Shown here: positions 1-9,249 of the stretch, one piece after another | Layout: each line of letters opens with the position of its first letter | Position numbering within the stretch: position 1 is the stretch's first letter | From: Eubacteriales bacterium | GTDB lineage: Bacteria > Bacillota > Clostridia > Oscillospirales > CAG-382 | Assembly (NCBI GenBank): GCA_045541355.1 | Contig: JAZQIW010000071.1 | Coordinates: forward strand, 7,795-71,794 | Reading direction: 5' to 3' | DNA length: 64,000 nucleotides | The notes under the pieces: generated by a model | What the model saw: only the letters and a program-made list of their open reading frames with translations | What the model was told of the DNA's origin: nothing | Database searches by the model: none | Program-made: the position numbers and the translations under genes

Positions 1-5
1 AAAGA

Positions 6-722
6 ATGAAGGATAACCGTTTTGAACGATTTGAAATGCTTGTCGGAAAAGAAAAGGCGGCAAAGCTTTGCGAAAAGAAGGTCATAGTTTTCGGAGTCGG
101 AGGAGTCGGCGGATATGTCTGCGAGGCTCTTGCAAGAAGCGGCGTCGGAAGAATAGATGTTGTTGACAACGATGATGTCAGCATAACAAATATCAACCGA
201 CAGATTATTGCTGTTACGGACACGGTGGGCATGAAAAAAACAAAGGCTGCCGCGAATCGCTTAAAGAGTATAAACCCCGATATTACGGTGCGGGAGTATG
301 ATATGTTTTACCTTCCCGAAACGGCGGATGAAATTGATTTGTCGGAGTATGACTATATAGTTGATGCTGTGGATACCGTCAGCGCAAAGCTTGAGCTTGC
401 AAAACGGGCACAGCAGCTCGGCATTCCAATTGTATCATCAATGGGAACGGGGAATAAGCTTGACCCGACAAGAATTGTGGTTACCGATATATATAAAACA
501 AAGGTGTGTCCTCTTGCAAGGGTGATGCGAAACCTTTGTAAAAAGAACGGCATTAAAAAGCTGACGGTAGTTTATTCGGAGGAAGAGCCGCTGCAGCCGC
601 ATTTTCAACCGCAGGATAATGAAAACCCAAATAAATCCATTCCCGCAAGCAGTGCGTTTGTACCGCCTGCGGCAGGACTTACAATAGCAAGCGTTGTTGT
701 AAGAGAGCTAATCGGATTGTAG
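6..722 (+). CDS. tcdA: tRNA threonylcarbamoyladenosine dehydratase (ThiF/MoeB E1-like fold, TcdA/CsdL type)
   Basis: 238-aa ORF. Rossmann motif VFGVGGVGG followed by VDNDDV..NINRQ is typical of ThiF-family enzymes. Size and single-domain layout fit TcdA. Confidence 0.75.
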   Translation: MKDNRFERFEMLVGKEKAAKLCEKKVIVFGVGGVGGYVCEALARSGVGRIDVVDNDDVSITNINRQIIAVTDTVGMKKTKAAANRLKSINPDITVREYDMFYLPETADEIDLSEYDYIVDAVDTVSAKLELAKRAQQLGIPIVSSMGTGNKLDPTRIVVTDIYKTKVCPLARVMRNLCKKNGIKKLTVVYSEEEPLQPHFQPQDNENPNKSIPASSAFVPPAAGLTIASVVVRELIGL

Positions 723-1003
723 TTAAAAGGCTTCGGAAAACCGAGGCTTTGGCTTGTTGCAAAACCCGTTACAAAATTCTTTGCGTTGCTTTCTTCTAAG
801 AAAGCGACCGAGTTTCCAAAGGCGAGAAGCCTTTGCTCGCTGTCCGCAGACAGCGAAAATCCTGTGCTTATCAAAAGCGCAGGAAAGATGAATTTTTTGC
901 CCTTGTAGGGCAAAAAAGAGGAAAACCCTCGCCGGGGGTTTTCCTGAAATATGCAAAATGTTCTGCTAAACAGAGTGAGGCTTCGGAAAACCGAAGCTTT
1001 TTG
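723..1003 (+). other. hairpin-dense intergenic region with about eight consecutive stem-loops
   Basis: Stems read directly at 728-750, 785-808, 819-833, 839-854, 861-883, 893-917, 920-944 and 978-1002. The first and last are near-identical copies of aggcttcggaaaaccgaRgcttt. Confidence 0.5.
978..1003 (+). terminator. rho-independent terminator
   Basis: gcttcgg-aaaa-ccgaagc stem followed by TTTTT. Confidence 0.7.
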
Positions 1004-1031
1004 ATTATAAAAATTTGTTGAATTTGTCATA

Positions 1032-1060
1032 TTGACAATATATGTTATTGGTAATATAAT
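1032..1060 (+). promoter_or_regulatory. sigma-A type promoter for the cohesin/dockerin gene
   Basis: Exact TTGACA (1032-1037), 17-nt spacer, TATAAT (1055-1060), about 60 nt upstream of the ATG at 1123. Confidence 0.7.
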
Positions 1061-1122
1061 GTATACGGCGAAGTAAATCAAGATGGTGTTGCGGCATTTG
1101 CCGCAGGAAAGGAGACACAATC

Positions 1123-4100
1123 ATGAAACGCATTTTAAAACTCTTGTCGATGCTTGCGCTGGCAGCAGTACTTGTTTCGACGGCAGCTTTCGCAATTGAC
1201 GATGTCGATTTTGAAAGCATGTCAGCTGAGGAATATGCCGAATGGAAGGCAGATTACCTCGCATCGGAGGATGATACCGATGCATCACTCATGGCGAGCG
1301 GAATGATCAGAAATGACTATATCGAAGCCTATATTAACGATGCGGGTCATTACACAATGGGTACAACCGGCGGTAATCCCAACAGTACAACCGATAATAA
1401 TAAGCTTCTCCTTTACGGTCATCCGGGCAGTAGTACAACAGAAACACTCATTGTAGTTGATGGTTATGAGGAGTATTTCAACACCTCAAATACAACTCTC
1501 TATGTAGATGAAGCATATGCAGTATCTGTTGACACAATTTCCGGTGTTGAAGTAACACAGATTATTTCTCTCATTGAAAACGAGTATACAGGTAAGCCCG
1601 ACGTTGCCGAGATTAAATATATTCTTAAGAACACAGGCACAACCTCAAAGCAGATAGGCGCACGTATCATGCTCGATACAATGCTTGGAAGCAATGACGG
1701 TGCTCCCTTTAAGATTCCCGGTGTCGGAGATGTTACAACAGAAAAGGAATACCACGGTGACGATATCCCCGAATACTGGCAGGCAGTTGACAGCCTTACA
1801 AATTACAGTGTTATTTCCACAGGTGACTTCTATAAGAATATTGCCGAAAGACCTGACAAGGTACAGTTTGCGGCATGGCCCGATATTCATGGCTCACGCT
1901 GGGATTATCATGTTAGTTCTTCAAATTATGTCACAAGAGACAGTGCCGTTGCAGCATACTTCAACCCCAAGACAGTTCTTCCCGGTCAGACAAGAACAGT
2001 AGTTACATACTACGGTCTTAGCGAATTTGAACCTGTTTACGGTGAAGTAAGTGCAATTCTCAATGCACCTGCAAACCTCTATGCAAATGAAAACGGCGGT
2101 TATGAAAATAACCCCTTTGTAGTTACTACATATATCGATAATGCATCCGAATATGACCTTGATAACGTCAATGTCAGAATCGAGCTTCCCGAGGAGCTTG
2201 AAATTGAAGGCGGCGACGCTACAACAAAGCGTATATACAATCTTTATTCGGGCAGTAACACATCAGTATCCTGGAGAGTAAGAGCTCTTCCCATGGATGA
2301 AGAAACGGAAGTTACAATCAGAGTAGTTGTTTCAAGCAATGAGCTTGATGAGGATATTGTAGTTGAAAAGGTGCTTACTCTTGCAGAAATTGAAGAGGAA
2401 GAGGACAGAACACGTACAATTTCCTTTGACCTTAACGGTGCACCCGGCACACCTCCCGAACCCCAGATAGTTCCCATAGGCGGCAAGGGTGTTGAGCCTC
2501 AGAAGCCCACACGTGCAGGCTATGTGTTTGCAGGCTGGTATCCCAACAGCCAGTGCGTTGGATTTGAATGGTTCAGCCACAGAAACACAGGCAGACATAA
2601 CAGAGTTGATGAGGATATCACGCTTTATGCAAAGTGGAGACGCGGCGGTGCAAGCCTCAGCTTCCTTTATGACTTCCTCAACAGCGGCGCAAACTTTAAC
2701 GATACATACGAAATCTCCAACGAATACTTTGATATTCTTACACAGGGTCTTAGCAACGGTAAGAGACAGAGCCTTCTCCAGAAGAGTAAGAAGGGTTGGA
2801 ACGGCTCCTGCTACGGTATGGGCGTTACCGAAGCACTTATGATGTCAGGTCTTCTCAGCCCCGACTTCTATGATCCCGATGTAAGCACGGTAAGAGAGCT
2901 TGATGCACCCGTATATGACTCAAGAGTCAACGGCATGATAAACTTCTATCAGCTTTCTCAGCACCTTGCAGATCCTAACCATGAAAGAACCGAGTACGAT
3001 AAGTACAGAGAACAGGATGCAGCTATTTCCGACCTTGTTGAATACGCACAGAATATCGAAGGCGTAGAGGACTATATCTGCATGATAGCCGAAATCAAGC
3101 TTCCTCATAATAAGGGCAGCCATGCTCTCATGGTTTACGGCATTGAAGAGGAAGATAACGGCGATTACAGAATTAAGCTTTTTGAATCCAATGAAAATGA
3201 AAGCCTTGAGGCTTCCTATATGATTGTTCCCGAAGACCTTTCGGATGCAACCTTCTACTGTGATTGGAGCGATGACTGGAACGGCATTTCCGTTTCCGAA
3301 AGAACACTCTCCATCCGCGGTCTTATCGAACAGGATGTTTATAATACAGTAAGCCTTCAGGAAGAGCTTATCGACAGAGGCTATGAAATTGCCCCCGCAT
3401 CACTCTTTGCTGACAGCGAATATGATGTTATAACAACCTCCTTCAATAACCCCATCGTTGAGGACGAAGACGGATATTTTGCCGAATTTGACGGCACAGA
3501 TGTCAGCGGCGACCTTGAGCCCGAATATGTTTCATATCTCGGTATCGACGGCGGTCTTGAAATGGCATTTGAAAACAGAGAATTCTATACAATATACTGC
3601 GGCGATGACAATACGGAAGAAAAGTATGAGGTTACTCTTCTTCTTGCAGGCAGCGAATATATCAGCGTAGAATCCGATGTTATGTTTACGGTTTCGGTTT
3701 CCACATATGAAGGTATTGTGGTTTCTCCCGATGAAGAAGCTAACGTGAAAATTTCCGTTACAAGAGACGAGGTTCCCGTAGGCTCCTTCTATGTTCAGTC
3801 TCTCACAGAGGAGCTTTATCTCGAATACTATGACGGTGAATACGGCATCAGCAGCTACGGCGGCTTTGTTGACGGTGTTGTAGGTATTACAAACGATAAC
3901 AGCTATAATGAAATTGAGCTTGACTCATCCTCAGACTATTACAGCGCAAACTATGAGGATATTGACAACGGCATTTCAATTCTTAATGTTGACGGCGAGA
4001 CGGTTGAAGAGCTTGAAATGGTTTATAACGTAAGCTTCTACACATACGGCGGCACATTCGTAGAGGATGCAGTCAATGTAAGAAGCGGCGAATGCGTTGA

Positions 4101-5286
4101 TGAACCCGATGAGCCTGAATTTGAAGGCTTTGTATTCGGCGGATGGTATAAGACTGCTGATTGTGTTGACGGCGAGGAATGGGATTTCGAAGAAGACGAA
4201 ATCACAGAGGATACAATTATTCATGCTAAGTGGCTTGCAGATGAAGACTTTATGCACAGCGTTATCTTCAGAGCAGAAGGCTTTGATGATATTATTGTGC
4301 TTGTAAGAGACGGACGCGACCTTGAAGACGTTCCCGAGGTTCCTTATAAGGAAGGTTACGAAGGACAGTGGGATATTGATGAATTTACAAATATCACCTC
4401 AAGCATGATAGTAAACGCACTTTACTATGCGGCAGTTGAAGCACCTGTTGCAGATCCCGAGGGCGGCGTTTATGAAGAAGAAATATATGTCAGCCTCTAT
4501 ACATATACAGATGGTGCAGATATCTACTATACTCTTGATGGCAGCGACCCGAGAGAAGAGGGCGTTCTGTATACAGAAGAAATTCTGATTTCCAAATCAA
4601 CGGTTCTCAAGGCATATGCTGCTCTTGACGGAGAGCCTGACAGTGCTGTTATGGTTGAAGAGTATATCATTGATAACACAGACTCAATTACTCTTGAGGT
4701 TGACTATGTTGAAAGCGCAAGAGTAGGCACAGAGGTTGTTGTAAACCTTAATGTGACAGAAAACCCCGGCTTTGGCGGTATGGCATATGATGTAGTTTAT
4801 GATAACTCGGTGCTTGAGCTTGTTTCCTACGAAAAGGAAATCGCTTCCGAAATCAGCGTAGACTCGGGCGACATCTATGATGATAAGATGAACTTCCAGT
4901 ATGCAGGCACAAGCAATGTTGAAGAAGAGGGCGTGCTTGTAAGCTTCACCTTCAGAATCAAGGAGGATGCACCCGAGGGCTTTACGGAAATTTATGTAGT
5001 GCCCGATGAAGCAGCATTCTTCGGATATGACGGCTATGAAGAAATTGACCTTGTGCCCGAATGTATCGGCGGCGGTATCAATGTTATCTTCTATACACCC
5101 GGTGACTCTAACGGTGACGGTGTTGTAAATAACAGAGACGCGGCAAGAATACTCCAGTACCTTGCAGGCTGGGATGTTGAGTGCGTTGAGGCTGCTCTTG
5201 ACGTAAACGGCGACGGCATTGTTAATAACAGAGACGCGGCAAGAATACTTCAGTATCTTGCAGGCTGGGATGTTGAACTCCACTAA
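1123..5286 (+). CDS. secreted multidomain cellulosome-type protein with Listeria-Bacteroides (Flg_new) repeats, a possible Cys/His peptidase-like module, a CHB_HEX_C-like domain, a cohesin and a C-terminal type I dockerin
   Basis: RBS aggagac. Signal peptide MKRILKLLSMLALAAVLVSTAAFA. GW..Y/..AKW repeat modules. IYYTLDGSDP motif. Cohesin-like block VGTEVVVNLNVTENPGFGGMAYDVVYDNSVLELV. Duplicated dockerin loop GDSNGDGVVNNRDAARILQYLAGW / DVNGDGIVNNRDAARILQYLAGW. Confidence 0.85.
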   Translation: MKRILKLLSMLALAAVLVSTAAFAIDDVDFESMSAEEYAEWKADYLASEDDTDASLMASGMIRNDYIEAYINDAGHYTMGTTGGNPNSTTDNNKLLLYGHPGSSTTETLIVVDGYEEYFNTSNTTLYVDEAYAVSVDTISGVEVTQIISLIENEYTGKPDVAEIKYILKNTGTTSKQIGARIMLDTMLGSNDGAPFKIPGVGDVTTEKEYHGDDIPEYWQAVDSLTNYSVISTGDFYKNIAERPDKVQFAAWPDIHGSRWDYHVSSSNYVTRDSAVAAYFNPKTVLPGQTRTVVTYYGLSEFEPVYGEVSAILNAPANLYANENGGYENNPFVVTTYIDNASEYDLDNVNVRIELPEELEIEGGDATTKRIYNLYSGSNTSVSWRVRALPMDEETEVTIRVVVSSNELDEDIVVEKVLTLAEIEEEEDRTRTISFDLNGAPGTPPEPQIVPIGGKGVEPQKPTRAGYVFAGWYPNSQCVGFEWFSHRNTGRHNRVDEDITLYAKWRRGGASLSFLYDFLNSGANFNDTYEISNEYFDILTQGLSNGKRQSLLQKSKKGWNGSCYGMGVTEALMMSGLLSPDFYDPDVSTVRELDAPVYDSRVNGMINFYQLSQHLADPNHERTEYDKYREQDAAISDLVEYAQNIEGVEDYICMIAEIKLPHNKGSHALMVYGIEEEDNGDYRIKLFESNENESLEASYMIVPEDLSDATFYCDWSDDWNGISVSERTLSIRGLIEQDVYNTVSLQEELIDRGYEIAPASLFADSEYDVITTSFNNPIVEDEDGYFAEFDGTDVSGDLEPEYVSYLGIDGGLEMAFENREFYTIYCGDDNTEEKYEVTLLLAGSEYISVESDVMFTVSVSTYEGIVVSPDEEANVKISVTRDEVPVGSFYVQSLTEELYLEYYDGEYGISSYGGFVDGVVGITNDNSYNEIELDSSSDYYSANYEDIDNGISILNVDGETVEELEMVYNVSFYTYGGTFVEDAVNVRSGECVDEPDEPEFEGFVFGGWYKTADCVDGEEWDFEEDEITEDTIIHAKWLADEDFMHSVIFRAEGFDDIIVLVRDGRDLEDVPEVPYKEGYEGQWDIDEFTNITSSMIVNALYYAAVEAPVADPEGGVYEEEIYVSLYTYTDGADIYYTLDGSDPREEGVLYTEEILISKSTVLKAYAALDGEPDSAVMVEEYIIDNTDSITLEVDYVESARVGTEVVVNLNVTENPGFGGMAYDVVYDNSVLELVSYEKEIASEISVDSGDIYDDKMNFQYAGTSNVEEEGVLVSFTFRIKEDAPEGFTEIYVVPDEAAFFGYDGYEEIDLVPECIGGGINVIFYTPGDSNGDGVVNNRDAARILQYLAGWDVECVEAALDVNGDGIVNNRDAARILQYLAGWDVELH
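5113..5277 (+). repeat. internal duplicated dockerin segments (two about 69-bp copies, 96 bp apart)
   Basis: ggYgacggYRttgtWaataacagagacgcggcaagaatactYcagtaYcttgcaggctgggatgttga occurs at 5113 and 5209. It encodes the two Ca-binding F-hand repeats. Confidence 0.85.
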
Positions 5287-5302
5287 AGAAAAAATAAAAA
5301 TT

Positions 5303-5332
5303 AAGGGTTCCGGCTTTTGCCGAAACCCTTTT
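5303..5332. terminator. bidirectional rho-independent terminator between convergent genes
   Basis: aagggttccggc-tttt-gccgaaaccctt stem, A-rich on the left and T-rich on the right. Confidence 0.75.
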
Positions 5333-5349
5333 GCTGTGCCGTTGTTTAG

Positions 5350-5907
5350 TTAATAGACCTCTGTGCCGCGGTATAAATAGCGGTCAATGTTTTGAACTAT
5401 GCTTTCCCAGTATTCGTCGTCACACTCATCGGTAAGGGAAAAATCAATCAGCTCGCATCCCTCGGAAATGTATTCAAGAACAGGCTTGTATTCTCCTCTT
5501 GAGTCTGTAAGCACCCATATGTCACTTGGTGCACCGCCGAGAATAAGAATGGACGCTTTGTATGCTCTGTACGGGCTTATACCTGCCTCAAGACAGGCGT
5601 AAAGAAAATTGAAGCTGTCATAGTCAAGCTCGGAGGGGATTTCGTTTTCGTATATCTCTATGTCACCTTCGTAAAGAGAAATCGCCTCAACAATGTAAGC
5701 AAGGTCCAGACCGCTTTGGTCAATGTAAGTGCTTATAAAGCTCTGTGTTGATGATAATAGCTTGTATATTCCCGAAACCTCGGTTGAAAAATCGGGAAGC
5801 TTTGCTATTTTCCCGTCGTAAATTGCGAAAAACTCACCGTCGGCATAGAAAAGCTCGTCAGAATACTTTTGTGCCTTGAGATTTATAAGGTTAATCATGT
5901 TTTCCAT
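5350..5907 (-). CDS. hypothetical acidic cytoplasmic protein
   Basis: 185-aa ORF with RBS aaggagc 6-7 nt upstream. No TM segment or signal peptide. No family recognised. Confidence 0.55.
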   Translation of the reverse strand: MENMINLINLKAQKYSDELFYADGEFFAIYDGKIAKLPDFSTEVSGIYKLLSSTQSFISTYIDQSGLDLAYIVEAISLYEGDIEIYENEIPSELDYDSFNFLYACLEAGISPYRAYKASILILGGAPSDIWVLTDSRGEYKPVLEYISEGCELIDFSLTDECDDEYWESIVQNIDRYLYRGTEVY

Positions 5908-6006
5908 AAAAGCCGCTCCTTGTTTTTTGTTGCGGGAGATATTTTACTATATTTCAGCATAGTTGTCAAGACGTAACGGCATATTGTGCCGTAAATGTTA
6001 AAACCC

Positions 6007-6024
6007 TTTTACGTCAACGTAAAA
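6007..6024. promoter_or_regulatory. perfect inverted repeat TTTTACGT-CA-ACGTAAAA (candidate operator)
   Basis: 8+8 nt perfect palindrome 27 nt upstream of the -35 of the AraC gene promoter. Confidence 0.35.
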
Positions 6025-6050
6025 ACAAGCGACAGCATGGGTACGTGTTG

Positions 6051-6079
6051 TTGACAAAAACGGACTTTTGTGATAAAAT
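6051..6079 (+). promoter_or_regulatory. sigma-A type promoter
   Basis: TTGACA (6051-6056), 17-nt spacer ending in TGa, TAAAAT (6074-6079). Confidence 0.6.
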
Positions 6080-6122
6080 TTTATACGAAAAACAAATTCT
6101 TTTTTTCTTGGAGATAAAGAAA

Positions 6123-6890
6123 ATGAGTATTTTTGAAGCAACCTTTCATAGGGGAGGATACCTACAGTTTGATAAGGGCTGGCAGCACCCCGTGAGAGTG
6201 ATGGATGTCAATGAAATAATATACGTTGTAAAAGGCAACGTGTATATATTTGAAGAGGACAGAAGGTTTGAACTTCATAAGGGCGACTGTATTGTTCTTG
6301 AAAAGGGAAAACGCCATGGCGGATATGAGGGCTCCGAAAAGGATGTCGGTATTTATTGGTTCGAGTTTTTTTCGGACACCAAGGCACTTTCATCAATGAA
6401 GCACGTAGGCTTTGGCTTGTCCGAGTCCTTTCTTTCACTTGCACGGCTTCTTACATACAGCGCAAATGTTCCTTCTTTTCCCGGTGAAGCCAAGGACTGC
6501 TATATTCGCCTTTTGCTCAATGAAATAAGTGCGGCATCGGCAAGGAATAAGAATAACGCATACCCCGTCTGCGGAATTATTGCCGAGTGGATAAGACTTA
6601 ACAGCGATAGAAAAATAGAGGTCGATGAGCTGTCAAAAAACTTCGGCTATAATAAGGATTATATATCGCGTGCATTCAAACGCAATTTCGGCGTAAGCCT
6701 TAAAAGCTATATAGATGCTGAACGTTCAAATTATGTCAAGGGCTTGCTTTTGACAACTGCCTATCCGCTTAAGCAGGTGTCGCAGATGGCGGGCTTTCCA
6801 AACTATAAAAGCTTTCTTAAATTTTTCGGATATCATAATAATGAAACACCGTATGAGTTCAGACGTAAGTATTTTAACAGCATAAAATAG
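6123..6890 (+). CDS. AraC family transcriptional regulator (cupin sensor + HTH)
   Basis: ATG at 6123 preceded by ggagat. N-terminal cupin-like region. C-terminal double-HTH pattern (ELSKNFGYNKDYISRAFKRNFG ... QVSQMAGFPNYKSFLKFF). Confidence 0.8.
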   Translation: MSIFEATFHRGGYLQFDKGWQHPVRVMDVNEIIYVVKGNVYIFEEDRRFELHKGDCIVLEKGKRHGGYEGSEKDVGIYWFEFFSDTKALSSMKHVGFGLSESFLSLARLLTYSANVPSFPGEAKDCYIRLLLNEISAASARNKNNAYPVCGIIAEWIRLNSDRKIEVDELSKNFGYNKDYISRAFKRNFGVSLKSYIDAERSNYVKGLLLTTAYPLKQVSQMAGFPNYKSFLKFFGYHNNETPYEFRRKYFNSIK

Positions 6891-6918
6891 AGCCTTGAAA
6901 GGGAGTTGTAAAAAGGAC

Positions 6919-7968
6919 ATGAGTTTCAAAAGAAATATTTTTTCAAATCCTAATATCAGAATGATTGCCGCAGGGCTTGTCTGCTTTGCTGCATCCGTTT
7001 TGTATGCTCCCGAAAGCGGTTTTCTGAGAACCCTGCCCTTTATGTGGATTTGCGGCTTTGTGTGTGAATTGCTCGGTGTATCTTTTGCCTTTTGTTCCTG
7101 CGTTGGCGGTGTTCTTTCGTTATGCGTGCACCTTGCCTTTGGAAAGAGCGTTGAAATGTCGGTGCTTTGCAGTGCCTTTGCTGCTTTTCTTGTGCTTGCG
7201 GGGCATTATGCATCAAAGCTTTTGAGATTTCTGAAACAGGGCAGCGCGGGTAAAAGCAGAAGTAAGTGCCTGCTGTTTTTGACGCTGTCTGTATTGGTGC
7301 CCTTTGTGTTGAATGCTGTTTTTTGCGGAAATGTGGTTTCGAGCATACTTTGCGATGCTGCAAATACAAGATACATTGAAACAAATTACGGCGATAAAGT
7401 GGAAATAAGCTATACAAGCTACGACCTTAAAAGCCGAGAGTACCGTACATATATATCATTCAATGACGGTACAACCGTTGTGGGTGTCGATGATGAGTGC
7501 TTTGTTTCAAAGAACACAGATGGCTGCCGAGACTATTATGAAGATAAAATGCTTTATGAAGCAGAGAAAAAACTTTCGACGCTTGTTGCAAAAAAAGTGG
7601 ATGCATTTGAGGTGACAAGCTCAAATATCGTTTTTGAAAAAGACGAAATTCTGCCCGTTGATGCAGTAATCGATGATTATATGAACAGGGCAGGGTATGT
7701 CGTCAGCTTTTACGGCTTTGTGAATAATAAGGCTGAGTTTTCGTCTATGTGTAAAGCCTGCGTTGAAGAACTGAAAGACGAGGGCTTTGAATTTTGTGAA
7801 ATAGTGTTCTGCGGAGGAAATGCATCACAGGTGCTTTATAGTGCCACTGTGAATCAGACCAATATTCCGGCAGATATCAATAAACTGATAAAGGATTTTG
7901 AAGAATCTGACGTCGAGAAGTACGGAGTTACCGAAATGACGGTGCTTGACTATTGGAATAATAAGTGA
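6919..7968 (+). CDS. hypothetical polytopic membrane protein with soluble C-terminal domain
   Basis: Long ORF with about 4-5 hydrophobic segments in the first 150 aa. Start is uncertain: 6895 TTG or 6919 ATG. Confidence 0.55.
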   Translation: MSFKRNIFSNPNIRMIAAGLVCFAASVLYAPESGFLRTLPFMWICGFVCELLGVSFAFCSCVGGVLSLCVHLAFGKSVEMSVLCSAFAAFLVLAGHYASKLLRFLKQGSAGKSRSKCLLFLTLSVLVPFVLNAVFCGNVVSSILCDAANTRYIETNYGDKVEISYTSYDLKSREYRTYISFNDGTTVVGVDDECFVSKNTDGCRDYYEDKMLYEAEKKLSTLVAKKVDAFEVTSSNIVFEKDEILPVDAVIDDYMNRAGYVVSFYGFVNNKAEFSSMCKACVEELKDEGFEFCEIVFCGGNASQVLYSATVNQTNIPADINKLIKDFEESDVEKYGVTEMTVLDYWNNK

Positions 7969-7978
7969 ATTGCCTGAA

Positions 7979-8005
7979 GGCCACGGATTTGGTTCCGTGG
8001 CTTTC
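7979..8005 (+). terminator. rho-independent terminator
   Basis: ggccacgga-tttggt-tccgtggc followed by TTT. Confidence 0.65.
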
Positions 8006-8152
8006 GGCGCGAAAAGAAGAAAATAACAGGGAACAAAGAATTGAAAGAGACGTCTAAGAAGGTAGTGCACCGCTTTGAGTCGGCTTGGTAAATATTGCCG
8101 AAAAACGATGCAGAAAATGATAAAATATATATAATAAATTGCTTAAAAACCA

Positions 8153-8181
8153 TTGACAAATATAACGTTTGGGGTTATAAT
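8153..8181 (+). promoter_or_regulatory. sigma-A type promoter of the surface-protein operon
   Basis: Exact TTGACA (8153-8158), 17 nt, TATAAT (8176-8181). Confidence 0.7.
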
Positions 8182-8238
8182 ATAGTGAATATAAATGTAT
8201 AAGTCTATGGGTGTAAGCTTTTTTCGGAGGTGAGGTAT

Positions 8239-9219
8239 TTGAAAAAAGGCTTAAAGGTTGTCGGAATAATTCTGGCAGTCTTGGTGCTTATAATGACTTT
8301 GGCAGTCGGAGCATTCCGGATATTCTTACCCGAGTACTTTAAAGCAGGTGTCACTGCGGTTAAGGAGCTTGGCGTTGTCGGAACCGTAAAATGGGCAAAG
8401 ACCTTGATTGAAAGCGGTAAGTTTGACAGCGAACAGTATGAGAAGAACCGTGAAGATAACGATAAACAATTGATTGATACAGTGAATAAACACGGCCTTG
8501 TTCTTTCAGGTGAACAGCTTGATGCAGTCAATTCCATGGAACTGACTGATGAGGAAAAGGAAGAGCTTCTTACACAGCAGCTTCTCGGAACGGTTGATGT
8601 GTCGGGAATGAATACAAATGCTTCCGATACCGATAAGGGCAAAGAACAGGAGAGCACCGGAGGAGAGCCCGACAGCATAGGTGATGCGGATAATGCAAAG
8701 CCGAAAGATGAGGGTTCAAAGGCAGAGAATACGCCTGAGCAAAATGCTGCACAGGATAAAAAACCTGCGAGTGACACGGTAGCTCCTCAGACAAATCAGA
8801 ATCCCTCAAATACAAATACTCAGAAAACGGAACAACAGGGAACAGAACAGAATAAAAACCCCGCAGCAGGTATTACCGATGAGAGAGTCGCAAGACTTGT
8901 TGCAAGGATGTATGTTCTTAAATCCCAGTATACCGGTTCTGTTGAAGGGATTGTAGCAAGCATGAAGGCTGATTACATGAGTCTTCCTGCCGACCAAAGA
9001 ACGACAAGTGCCAAGGCGGGCATTGCAACGAGCTATATGGGACAGATAAATGCCCTTGAAGCGCAGTGCGATGCACAGGTTGATGCGATAGTAACAGAGC
9101 TGAGACAGGTGCTTAAGGAAACGGGCGGCGATGCTTCGCTTGCCGATGCAATTGTTACGGCGTATGCCAACGAAAAACAGGCAACCAAGTCATATTACAT
9201 AAACAGATATGCTGATTAA
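8239..9219 (+). CDS. membrane-anchored protein with low-complexity acidic/polar linker and helical C-terminal domain
   Basis: GGAGG at 8226-8230, TTG at 8239 (the track starts at GTG 8230). Single N-terminal TM VVGIILAVLVLIMTLAVGAF. D/E/Q/N/T-rich middle. No family recognised. Confidence 0.6.
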   Translation: MKKGLKVVGIILAVLVLIMTLAVGAFRIFLPEYFKAGVTAVKELGVVGTVKWAKTLIESGKFDSEQYEKNREDNDKQLIDTVNKHGLVLSGEQLDAVNSMELTDEEKEELLTQQLLGTVDVSGMNTNASDTDKGKEQESTGGEPDSIGDADNAKPKDEGSKAENTPEQNAAQDKKPASDTVAPQTNQNPSNTNTQKTEQQGTEQNKNPAAGITDERVARLVARMYVLKSQYTGSVEGIVASMKADYMSLPADQRTTSAKAGIATSYMGQINALEAQCDAQVDAIVTELRQVLKETGGDASLADAIVTAYANEKQATKSYYINRYAD

Positions 9220-9249
9220 AAAAATTTACATAAAGAGAGGATGCAAACA

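Noticed and set aside
605-1120. 171-aa minus-strand ORF, and the ORFs at 723-956 and 833-1021, across the hairpin-rich intergenic region
   Set aside because: They overlap the tcdA 3' end and run through palindromic sequence, which keeps frames open on both strands. They have no RBS and no recognisable motifs.
1061-1122. c-di-GMP or other riboswitch in leaders of the large surface-protein genes (also 8182-8238 and 15205-15294)
   Set aside because: The leaders are only about 55-90 nt, too short for GEMM-type riboswitches, and contain at most one simple hairpin.
5350-5907. Acidic 185-aa protein as an immunity protein paired with the neighbouring large secreted protein
   Set aside because: The large protein ends in a dockerin rather than a toxin domain. 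The two genes are convergent and separated by a bidirectional terminator. I recognised no immunity-family motif.
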